Origin: Girardia tigrina
Lineage: Eukaryota
DNA: 64,000 nucleotides
Assembly: GCA_001938485.1 (NCBI GenBank)
Contig: MQRK01204024.1
Span: 16,180 to 80,179 of the forward strand
Direction of reading: 5' to 3'
Shown: positions 52,807-64,000 of the stretch, piece after piece
How the letters are laid out: each line of letters starts with the position of its first letter
Numbering within the stretch: the first letter of the stretch is position 1
Translations under genes and position numbers: made by a program
The notes under the pieces: model-generated
Database searches by the model: none
Seen by the model: only the letters and a program-made list of their open reading frames with translations
Told to the model about the DNA's origin: nothing

Positions 52807-53347
52807 TTAAAATCAAAATTCGAAAACCAATTGAAAATATTTATTAATTTCAACGATTTAACCGTCATAGTCAGAACAAATTATTTTTCAAACGAAATTT
52901 ACTTATATAGTGCAGTTAATGATTATACAATCAATACGTAATCAGTACATCATTTAAAAACTCTCAACAAAGTACGTCATCTCTGTAAGAGAATCCAGGA
53001 ACACAGTCGCAATGAAGGTGGAAGTAACATTGCAGGACATAGAAGACATTGTAAAGGAGATATAACTTCACAACACTTTAAAATTCTGTGCACTCAATTT
53101 AAAAATTATTGGGAGAGAGTGACATGTGAAGCGTTATATATAAGATCTTTGGATCCTAAAATTAACGTTCAAACTGCACTCTCTACAACTTTGTTTTTAA
53201 ATGATGTACTGATTACGTATTGATTGTATAATCATTAACTGCACTATATAAGTAAATTTCGTTTGCAAAATCATTTGTTCTGACGATGACGGTTAAACCG
53301 TCGAAATTAATAAATATTTTCAATTGGCTTTCGAATTTTGATTTTAA
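52807..53347 (+). mobile_element. 5'-truncated Penelope-like element: GIY-YIG tail between about 155-bp inverted pLTRs
   Basis: RIQEHSRNEGGSNIAGHRRHCKG...FKILCTQFKNYWERVTCEALYIRSLDPKINVQ at 52988-53175; inverted arms 52807-52961 and 53193-53347. Confidence 0.9.
53275..53316 (+). ncRNA. Minimal type I hammerhead ribozyme in the Penelope pLTR
   Basis: TGTT-CTGACGA-T-GACGG(TTAAA)CCGTC-GAAA-TTAA-TA^-AATA; perfect 5-bp helix II, palindromic ATTAAT helix III. Confidence 0.85.
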
Positions 53348-54406
53348 TAATCTGCCAATTTTATTTCAATTTATTCACAATTATGATTTTTATTTTAAAA
53401 AGTGTTACAAGATATATCAAAATTTTCTTTACATTATTCTTTTACTCTGAAACTGTTATTTTAATTGTGATTTTTTAAACCTATTTTTTATAAAAGTTCT
53501 TTCAATTTAATTAATAAAATATTATCATTACACTATACTTTTTTATAAAACTTATTTCATTTTAATTAGTAAAAATATTATCTATAAACTTAAATTTTTT
53601 ATGCATAATTTCTTTCAAAAGTTCTTTCAATTTAATTATTAAAATATTATTTTTTAATTTATCTCAAAAATAATTATGATTTTTAATTTAAAAATATCAA
53701 AAATTTACAGTTCACCAAAAAGAACTCCTAACAATTACGATAATAAAAATTTATTTAAGTATGAAATTCAAAATTTTGTTATTCTAATTTTTGGTCACTA
53801 TGAAGTGTATATCAAAAGTACAAATTTATCTTTATAAATTATTTCTAATTTTGATTGTTTACAGTTTTTTAAATGGTATTTACGATTTTTAAATAAATAA
53901 CACTAAAGATAATATGCAAACACAATCATAAAAATTTATAAGCTTTTTAAATCTTTTACGAATTTTCATGAATATAAAATTGTTTTTAAATTCCTTAATA
54001 TTTTCAGTCAATTGATTTAAATCCTCAATTCAAGAATCGTTAGAACTTATTATTGTTGGAATTGACTATTTTATTTTCATATATTTATTATACAATTTCC
54101 GCCATTGAAATAACAATTATTATAATATTATTTTTTATCCATTATTTATACTTTTAAAATATGTGTTAATTATATAATTTTAAATATTTTTATCATAAAT
54201 TAATTTTTAGATTTTTATCGAATCACAAAAATAATATTTTATACAATTTGACTTTTTAAAACCAATAAGAGCTAAAGAACAAGTACTTTAAAATGATATT
54301 TTTCTTAAGATTGTCTTGTGTTAAACGATAGTTATTCTAAGAAAAATATCAATATCTGAATATTTATTTTACTAAAAATTAATTTATTTATTTAAATTTT
54401 ACAAAC

Positions 54407-54746
54407 TTTGTGGAATATGCATTATGCCAACGATTAGTCCTGCTATTATGTCGGAAACAAACCACTCTTTCCATTTATATTTCAGCATTATTTTGGCAAA
54501 TGGGAATTTATTACGAAAAAAAGACTTTATTCCATCTTTACTACAGTTGTTTTGTTTATACTTCCGAAATTTCCTTACGAATCTTCCTTTCCATGATTTT
54601 TTAACAATATTCATTCCATGATTCAAATCAAATTCCTGTTGGGTGTAAACCGGACGTTTGACCGCAAATGCATTGCCATTTGGTTTACGATTGCCGAAAT
54701 CATATCCTTCTAATAAAACTCCGACATCACTCGGATCTTTATAGTC
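54407..54746 (-). CDS. SLC26 (prestin/SLC26A5-like) anion transporter exon: N-terminus and TM1
   Basis: Translates DYKDPSDVG...VKRPVYTQQEFD...FPFAKIMLKYKWKEWFVSDIIAGLIVGIMHIPQ, the SLC26 'D.IAG...G...IPQ' signature. AG acceptor at 54748-47, GT donor at 54406-05. Confidence 0.93.
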
Positions 54747-54796
54747 CTAAAAATAATAATTCATTTTTTGATAAATACTTTTTGATATTAACTAAC

Positions 54797-54802
54797 ATTC
54801 AT
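54797..54802 (-). CDS. SLC26 transporter, probable first coding micro-exon (ATG AAT)
   Basis: ATG AAT is followed by a GTTAGT donor (same donor as other introns of this gene). A 50-nt intron ending TTTTTAG joins it in phase 0 to exon 54407-54746. The frame is open further upstream, so the true start may be earlier. Confidence 0.55.
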
Positions 54803-55029
54803 CACAAATATTTTTCGAATGTTTGTAATCTTAAAGTTATAATGACTCTTAAATATGAATTGTTAAATTATGATTTTATTAGCACATTAAAACAAAACAC
54901 CATGTTAGACAGAGAATTATTTCATTTTAGAGTAGCCAATTTATTTTAGGATTTTGGAATAAACTCATTTTGCAATTTTAGTGCAATTTATTATTCTTTG
55001 ATGAAATAGTTATTTCAGTTAGAAAGCAT

Positions 55030-55843
55030 GTGGTGATGTTACAAAATCCGTAGACTAATAGATTAATTAAAAATGTATGAACATGAATTTTTATACGAAA
55101 AAAACTGCATCTATTTCGAAGGGAGAAAGAAATTAATGCTCAGATTCATGCCTTACTTTCTAATCACGAACATGTATGAGAAGTGAATTCAGTGCAATCA
55201 AGAAAATTTTAACACTCATGTGAAAACTTGTGATCGATTCCTGAATAATGTCGAAACACTACTCAGAAGATGGAAGATAGCCAAAAGAATAAACTTTCAG
55301 AGTGGTGCTCGATCAAAAATTACGGAATGGATTTTCTCACTGATGAAAGGGGATAATGATCAGTTTTTGAAATTTGAGCGTTGTTGTTCACACGTATGTT
55401 TCTAACAAAGCCAGTGGCAAATACTACTTATGTTTTACAAAATTCCGTAAGCAAAGGTCCTACTATCCTGCACTGTTCTTACTCTACACCAACGAGTTGG
55501 TATGACCCATGGTGATTTCTGATTCTCTCTACAGCCCATAACTTTCTCCAAGCGATTTTGTGTTATTCTGTCATCTGGAGAAGCATGTAAAAGGGAAATA
55601 GTTTGCAGGCAAAGAGAAAGGAATGCAAGCAGAAGCCTCATTTCCTAAAGATAAGCTTGCTGACTTGTATAAAAGTGCCTTTTTGAAATTTTCAGACTGT
55701 GGAATGAGTGTGTCGAAAATGATTGAGGTTACAATGAAAGGTAGATTGTTCTCATAATCTCCTTGACATGTTTAAAAAATACTCGCATTTTCTATGTAAT
55801 TTCTGGCATTTTAGTAGTGTAGTCTACGAACTTTTCGACTACT
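55030..55843 (+). mobile_element. mariner-like transposon, highly degenerate and internally deleted
   Basis: Inverted ends AAAATCCGTAGACTA / TAGTCTACGAACTTTT; decayed transposase phrases such as KASGK. Confidence 0.55.
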
Positions 55844-56800
55844 AATTATTTATTTGATTATCATTTTATATCATTATATCATTTACAAATAAAAAATTTA
55901 GAAGTTCACATGCAATTTTAATTTTACTTTAAAAATTTGTGAAAATTATTATAATAGTTATTTTATTTAAAAGGAGTTTTATTTTCGTTTTCTAGTTGTT
56001 TTTGTTCACTGTTTGTATTGATATATTGTTTCATATTTAGCCTAATTATATCCAATCTCATTGACTAAAACCCTCATATAAACTTTATGTTTACTGTTGC
56101 GGAAACCGTGCCTCCTTTTTATACTGAAAACCAGAAAGAACTTCAGCTTTTCTTTTTCTTTTATTCTGATTTAAATTCATTAATATAATCAATAGAGTGG
56201 TCCAACGGCTCATTGACGATGGTTTCCAATAAAGAGAGCAAACGGCATTAGAAAACACTTTTTACGAAAAGTTTGAAATTGAAATGTGAGCTCCAATAAA
56301 TATTTTATCGGCATCAAACGATATATCTTTTTTTGAAATTAGTTTATCGCTCAAGCTTTGGCACATCATAAATATTTTTTCAAACAATTTTTTTCCACCA
56401 TTTTCCATAACATAATAATTCATAACATTTTTTTAACAAAAATTCAAAATTGGAATTGAAGACTATATTTTTTTTAATTAAAACAACAGTTATTTAAACT
56501 TATTTTTTTAACACAAATTGTAATTGAAACCGATTCATTTTTCTTTTTTTTAACACAAAAATTGACTCAAAATTGTAATCCAACTCGATTTATTAAAAGC
56601 GCCAAACAACATTCGATTAAATTATCATAAATTTACAATGATTTTCACTAATCATTTTAAACAAAAATTTTCCTTTAAAGGTCATCAAAATTAATCGATT
56701 TAAAATTTAAAAATGAACAATAATAATTCAAATAGAAATACCATCACGAAACCATATGAAAGTGATGGTTTAATTATTTAAATTTATTTTAATTTAATAT

Positions 56801-57450
56801 AAAGTTGTCCCTGCCTAATCCGCGCCCCACCTATTCTACAATCTTCGCCCAATTTGCGTTAAAATCATCAAATTATGATTTTTTGGCAGATTGGACTCAT
56901 ATTTTAATGAAAATTTCTCAATCTGCCAATCCCCGCCTAATCCGCGTTTAAAAAAACAATTTTAAACTTTATTATTATTTTTATAAAGTTTATAAAGAGT
57001 TTCGATGAATTCATCACTTTCGTAATTAATTTCATCATTTTAAAGTTGTTTACTAAGTTTTTAATAAATTTGTTTTAAAATTATCCTTTAAAATGGGAAT
57101 TCATTTAAGTTTTGATCAAAAAGAAATTATTCAATATAAGAAGAAATTTAAGAAGACAATACACGCTCAATTGAAGTGTTATTTTGATGAGAAGTTTAAA
57201 AAGAATATAGGCCTTCGAACAATTGGTGAAATTTTGAAAAATGAAGAGTCTATATTGGCTGCAGCGGCCAATACGAGGGCCGGAACAAAGAAAATTGTAC
57301 AACCAGCATATCCAGATTTAGAAAAAGCCTTAGAATTATGGTGTGATAATCAAGAAGCAATTATCAATCCCATAACTGAAGCAATAATTATCTCTCAGGC
57401 AGAATTGTTTGCAGCGGAGCTTAATATAGAGAATTACAGTATGTCAAACA
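56801..57450 (+). mobile_element. pogo/Tigger transposon 5' fragment (CENP-B-type HTH)
   Basis: ORF 57093-57467 with LRTIGEILK and YPDLEKALELW...PITEAIIISQA; terminal motif CCTAATCCGCG repeated at about 56815 and 56936; DDE domain missing. Confidence 0.85.
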
Positions 57451-59099
57451 GTATATTAATGTATTGACTTCACCCATTCGTGTGCTCCCAATACACTAAT
57501 CCTCTAATTAGTCCTCAAATAACAAAACTATTAAAATGTATTATTTCCTCCGGTTTGGATAAGCAACCAAAGGAAATTTTGATCATAATTTGATGATGGC
57601 AGGTGAATTTTAATATTACTAATTTTATAAATAAATTTGGTAAATAAAATATAAGTTCAAGAAGCGACCCGTTGAATTCCACTATCAATACAGCGATCAA
57701 ATTCACGAAATATTTGAAGTTAGCATATCCGAGACACCAGGATAGGCAGTAAAGGACAGACCTACATTCACAGACTTCACTCTAACCAGTTGTTCCAGAC
57801 ATATGATATTCCGAATCATGTCGATAAGATACCCGCTCTAGAAAAGTGAAAACGTAAATATAAATGCAAATGGCAAAAAATCCCCTCTCACCTTTGTGCA
57901 AATAATTAGAATGACTTAGTCAGACGTTCGTTGACATATGCGGCGCATAATTATGATGATTACAATCTTGCAATGCATCAGTGAGAGGTAAACATTGCGA
58001 ATGATCGCGAACACGCAATCACCCCCCTCCCATCCTGTCCTTAGATAATTTCAATGTGAATAAGTTAAACAGATGTCGATGCACGCACACAGGATACCCG
58101 AGTGCGTCAGGCAATGTATGTGCCCAATCGGGTATAAATACCCGATTTATTTTTGCATACATTGCGCAGTTTTTATACAATTATTACCATACACTTTGAA
58201 ATATTTTTGTAATTATTTGCACAACTACTTGACTGACGATTTTAATTCGAGTCTTTCGACGCAGTTTCATAATTTATCGTCAATTCTGAACGAAGCAGTT
58301 ACGAAAAAGGTATATGACAGTTAATTATCGTTTTAATATGTTTAACCTCATTTTATTTCTTCATTTAATTTATTTATTGATAGTTAATTGAGGCCTCGTT
58401 ATGATGTTTATTGTGTTAAATCCCATCTTGTCTAATTTTTCGTTTAATTTTGTTTATCGATAGTCGAATGCAATATTATGATAATTTTGTTATATGAAAA
58501 TCTAATATATGTATTTTAATCAATGTTTTTCGCGTCATTCTATTATTATTTTCCACCCCGATCTGCTGTTCAACTACGAGGAGAGTACGATGGCGACTTG
58601 CGGTCTTGGTAAGAGTTGTAAGGTGATGGCAAGGTGGTCAAAAGACCGGTGTTGTGCGAAGGTAGTGAGTCGAAAGGAATCAGCATGAGGTAGTGTTGTA
58701 GAGTCAAGGGGTGTGGAGGTCGTCGGAACAGGGTGAGTTAGTGGGGATATATTTACATAGTAGGAAATATTTTATACTAGAATTATAATGCATAATAGAG
58801 TTATTTTAAAGATTATCCTGTTATTACTGTTGTGTTTCCGTTATCGGTGTTAGCCAACGCGGCTTCTGATTTAAAAATTTATTTCGGTTTTGTCCCTTCA
58901 ACCCAGGATGAGTCATTTTGAATTCCGATGTATATAGGATGATGAGAATAATGTGAAACCCAAGAGAACAGGTCGTCCGGAGGGCTGTAAATGTCTCTGA
59001 TATTGTATTCGATGGTTGAAGGTCTCTCGTAAATAATTTGTTTTATTATTCGAGCAGTTTGACTGACTCCGTTATGATGATTTCGGTCTCTTGACAATA

Positions 59100-60484
59100 A
59101 ATTGTACTCTAATTACGTTGGTCGGATTAGTAGCACACTAAATGAGGTAAATGAAAAAAATCCTACCTGAAGACCCCAGTGAAGTAGTGTATTGGAAATA
59201 AAGAAAACACATTATTGGAGTGCAAGAATCAATCACTAAAACTCAAAAAGATACAAAATATTTGGTATGACCAATCGTTAGCAAACAGTAACCATCCATT
59301 AATACCAGCAGAATTGAGACAAACCTCTATAAAAAGTATCCATGATTTCGGACATTACGGTTTCAAAGCAACTTACGAAATACTAAAATCACAAGCATGC
59401 TGGAAAAACATGAGAAAGGACGTAAAATCATACGTCAAAAGTTACGCAAATTGTAACAAGAACAAAATCACTAAAAAATATGTCATCAAAAAATATAAAT
59501 ATGAAGAACTGAACAATCTAGAATTCATCCATATTGATCTAATCGGACCTTTGCCTCCAAATGAAAATTATAGATACATACTTTGCATTATAGACAGAAA
59601 AACTAATCGGTTCGAAACCATTTCTACAAAAGATTTGTCATCACAGACAATTTGCAAAAAATCAAAGTACACTGGATATCTCGTTATGGTCCTCCAAAAC
59701 AACTCGTAACAGATCAAGGAAGACAATTTCAATCAACACAATTCACATACGTATGTAAAAAATACAATATGATAAAACTAAAAATAACACCCTACAATCC
59801 TCAGTGAAATGGAAAGATTGAGATATTTAACAGATATCTAAAACAGACACTCCGTACAATAAGCAACGACAAAAACTGCCTTGAAAAATTACCAGAAGTC
59901 AGTTTATCTTTAAGAATAAGACAAGATTGTCTGGAGAACACTACACCATTCGAAAAATTGACAGAAATTAAGTTTCAATTTAACCTATTCAAGAAAATCA
60001 AGAATTATGACCCAAACCCATCACTAAACACCACAATAATTAAAAAGCTTAGATCAAAATCCACAACTCAAAAAATTTCGAGGAGAGATTTGAGGATCCT
60101 TACAAAATTGTTAAAACTTGAAACAATACTATTACAATAAAAGACAAATACAACATAGAAAAAAATATAATATACGTAACGTTAAAATAATTTAATCTAA
60201 CTGGATACTCCGTATTCTTAAGGGGGACTGTTGTAAGACCCTCTTTCGAGTTTTATCGCCGCCTTTTATCTTTCGATCAACTTTTGTAAATCTTTAAATT
60301 TGAGGTGTGTGGGTGATTTGTCTGATTGTGTACAACGAGTTTTTTTTGTAACTTTACTTTACTTTCGTTTATTTTTGTTTACTCATTTAATTCTTTCCCG
60401 CTCGTTTTGTAAATTTTTACTAGTTTATTGTGTTATTCGAATGGTTGTTATTTTTTGTTTTTTCCTTTATATTTTTTATTAACA
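59100..60484 (+). mobile_element. Gypsy integrase remnant with polypurine tract and probable 3' LTR
   Basis: HDFGHYG...W..M.KDV; IHIDLIGPLP...YILCIIDR; RYGPPKQLVTDQGRQF; TPYNPQ.NGKIE; PPT AAGGGGGAC at 60220-60228 followed by TGTT...AACA (60229-60484). Confidence 0.85.
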
Positions 60485-61114
60485 TCAGTAAATTGTGAAG
60501 GACAAATAGATAGTGAAGAAAATATAGATTGAATTGCTAAAGAATTGAAAGAGAAGATACGATGGAAGACAGATCAAAGATTTAATGTATTCTTTTTAGT
60601 AAAAAGAAAATAAAAAAAGCGAAATGATGAGAAAAGAAAAAAACTGAAAAGAAGTAATCATAATTAATCAGAAAAAAATAAGTAGATTAATTATAATTAT
60701 ACAATTCAAATTTAAAAGTGAATTGATTCTTTTATGAATCAATACAAAATTATCATAAATTAAAAAATTACCATACAAACTTACTTGACAACCATCAGTT
60801 TCCAAACGACTCAATTTACATTTATTTTTTTTTACTACTGTCACGTTCGATTTGGTCTTGACATTTTCCAAATTTTTGTAAACTGAATATTATCGGTGTG
60901 TTGAAATTATCGTCGCTGATTTACTAGCTATTTTGTTATTGTATTTTATCGGACAATTGCTAATTCTATTCTGAAGGTTATACGAAATAATTATGTTTAT
61001 CGTTAAAAATTCACGTTATTTATTTTTTATTCATTAATCAAAATACGTTATACGGTTACCTCACAAAATAAGTTCATCAAATTTAAAGGTGGATTATTTA
61101 TTTGATTAACTTGT

Positions 61115-61812
61115 TTTTACAAGCTTTTATTACGTTTCATTTGTTTGTTTGTCTGTATGGATCAAATCTTGCGATCGAAATTTCACCCACTTCCCGTTGT
61201 GCTGGTGACTTGAAATTTTCAGGAATGATGTATTCTAGATGACAATACACTTTTCCTTGAAAACTTTTGAAAAAAAATTTTTTTTTTAATTTATTTTGCA
61301 AAAAAACCACTTACGATTATCTACAAATTTATACACTGTATTACATAGCAATCTTTTTGTTTATTTTCATGAATAAAATTCAAACTCTACCAAATTACCA
61401 AATCATAATAATTATTATTATTACAAGCTTTTATTACGTTTCATTTGTTTGTCTGTCTGGATGCATCAAATCTTGCGATCGAAAATTCATCCACTACCCA
61501 TTCACCTAGCGACATGAAACTTTCAGGATGGATGTATTCTAGGTGACAATACACTTTTTCACTGTCACTGCTCATCTACCGCCTTTAGTTTGGCCGCAAA
61601 AAAGTAATTAAAGTGTCGTTCTCATGTTTTCCTCAGTAGTAGGCTTTGAAATTTGCTACATCTAAATGGAAATAGAAAGTGGGTTTTCGCCTAGTGGGCT
61701 TTGATAATTCAGTCAAAAAATGTGGGAAGTGGGTGAAATAGATACAGAACCGCAAATATATGACAAATTATAAAAGCTTGTACACCAAAAAATTTTTTGG
61801 TATGATATTATT
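61115..61812 (+). mobile_element. HINE/DINE-1-like element, copy 2, with internally duplicated 5' core
   Basis: Same termini as copy 1; core block at 61119-61258 repeated in diverged form at 61423-61560. Confidence 0.75.
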
Positions 61813-63189
61813 ACATTTAATATAACATTTCAGTATTTTGTCATTTAAACTATACATGTTAGAAATAACGAATCTGATCGCATAGAATTGACTGAAGTTG
61901 TGAGTGATTAGTTTTTTTTGTCACAGAGTTTTTTTTTGAGATCAGATTCATTATTCCTACACCCAGTAATAACGATAATACCCAAGTAGTTAAAAGATGA
62001 GGTTTGGTCCTAATTATGGTTCTGTTCGAACACCAGAAGAAAATCAAACAGCAAATCTTGAGGAAGAAAATTAGAGGGAGACAGCTTTAGGAGGCAAGTC
62101 GTAGTGTGAAGATAATACGAGTGCTGTATGTGAAGATTTGAGTCGAGGTAATAATGGAGGTCGTCAGATAATGGAAGTGTTGTTCGAGTTACTTATTGGA
62201 GAAATTATTTTAGTATAACGACATCCTGTGAAAACACCAGATCATTCGAGTTAAGAATGTTGAGGTGCGTGACGATCGAGAAAAGATTTATTAATTAGAG
62301 GGAGTAGTACTTGTAAAATACTGGAAATTGTAATACTGGGACGTTTCGAGTAACACAGATAACGTGAGTAGGATGTCGATGCGCGTTACAATTCTTACAA
62401 CCATCTCAACCTGAATTAAAGTGCGACCCTTATAATAATTCATAATTATAAAATAGAATGTAATCCTTACATAACCTCTGAATGAATTAACGATAGTAAC
62501 AAATGGAATGACAAACAAGTCGAACTTTTAATATTATTGACAATCTCAAGCATAATCTTTAATGAATTGTAATCATGCTTTAATATTCAAGAAATAAAAT
62601 TTAAATGATATAAATTTAAAATCTTAAATTTAAAATTGAAGGAACATAAACAGCACGAATTAAATTAGTAATGATGGATTCAAATTTGACAGAATAACAT
62701 ATCGCATGTAATATAATGATATAATATCTATCGGAACTTTTACCGATTCAACATATTGATATTTGTCAGTATCGGAGTCCGAATTTCCTCTTAAAGTATA
62801 ATCTTTGAATTTGTTAATATAAAAATGTTGAACCACTAAAACAATTGAATTTGTGATTTAAATGATGAGTTGAACAACTAAAGTAACTTAATTTATGATG
62901 ATGATTTCCTCGAATAACGTAATTTAATTTAAGATTCAAATAACGATTTAATTCTTGGTTTTCAGTTTATGACGAGGTGATTTAATATATTGACGTCCAT
63001 TCAATGTTTGATGATTTGACCAACTTACTTTATCCACAGTGGCGGAACAGAATTAATACCACTCTTTAATCTAATTTAAAATCAAAAAGAGAGAACCCTT
63101 AGAAGATATGAGTTAAAATTTAACGATCGCGATTTAAATTAAATTGAGGGTTCAAAGTAAAATACGATCAAATGAACTAGAAGAATATT

Positions 63190-64000
63190 ATTTTATAAAC
63201 AATTAATGCTGGTCCGAGGCGAGGAACCTTCTGGAGGTGGCGAAGGTAGACCGCAGCATGCAAGGGGTACGCGGTTCGATCGTCGCTTACTTCCTTGAGG
63301 CTCCTTTTGTTCGACATAATCAAAACTAAAACCTATAAACAGTAATGGAAAATAATATCGAACCCTCGGGCACTGAGACCACCAGTAAGGCAATACCCGT
63401 TACTGGTTAGAACCTGAAGGCGCTCCAACGCGCATACAACTTGTTGATATACGTGGAGGAAGCGCGTCCGTTTCCCTAAGCAATAAGGACATAATAGGTA
63501 AATTGTCGAGAGGAGTTCGAAGTGTGTAGGAGTGGGGGCTCTGAGTCAACAAAAATGTAGTCGAGAGAAGGGAACGCGACATGGATGTGACAGGAACTTT
63601 GTAGGTCCTTTTGGTAGGGATAGTAAATTTGATTCTTAATCTTTATGTTGAAATAAAATTTCAAAGAGTTTTAGAGTATGTACCCACCAACAATGTCAAT
63701 GAGGATTATCTATGTGTCACGACCCTCTCGAGTTAGAACATTTTCAAAAGCTCTTGAGCCCCCAGTGATTATTTAGGGTCAACCAAAACCCAATGTTATT
63801 ATGAATTTATTTATTTAATCTTTTAATATGTTTATCTGTAGATGGGCCGGACACCTCTTCTCACTTGACATCTGGCCAGCAGTGCCAAGCTGGAAGGGCC
63901 TGCGGGTTCGGTTAAAGACAGGACGGGCTGTGGGCCTAAATCAGTGTCGCTCGGGGATGATTTCACATTGAGTAACATTTATATTCTCAGCGAATGCGTC
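63190..64000 (-). mobile_element. Possible LTR retrotransposon 5' end (LTR and tRNA-Pro-like PBS)
   Basis: Minus strand ...AATCA-C-TGGGGGCTC at 63756-63767 matches 9 nt of a tRNA-Pro 3' complement; GC-richer flanks; no clear gag. Confidence 0.4.

Noticed and set aside
60785-60882. Candidate upstream coding exon with strong GTAAGT donor (ORF 60668-60871)
   Set aside because: No in-frame ATG and no SLC26 similarity; a closer ATG micro-exon fits. It may still be a 5' UTR exon.

Overview
AT-rich eukaryotic (animal) genomic DNA. The short-intron style and transposon repertoire suggest a planarian flatworm, but this is inference. One host gene spans most of the window on the minus strand: an SLC26/SulP-family (prestin/SLC26A5-like) anion transporter. 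I reconstructed 14 coding exons by hand from a probable ATG at 54802 down to 3687, about 660 codons in a continuous frame with GT-AG introns; the last STAS exon(s) probably lie beyond the left edge. Introns are either 43-57 nt or 2-17 kb. The large introns and the upstream region are filled with decayed transposons: Ty3/Gypsy LTR elements (one carrying a nested LINE with a 12-bp TSD), a NeSL/R2-type non-LTR element with Ulp1-like protease domains, piggyBac, four mariners, Tc1-like and pogo remnants, Helentron-type HINEs, a hAT MITE and several palindromic foldbacks. Four Penelope-like retroelement fragments carry minimal hammerhead ribozyme motifs. No rRNA, tRNA or CRISPR was seen. Several N-gaps are present.
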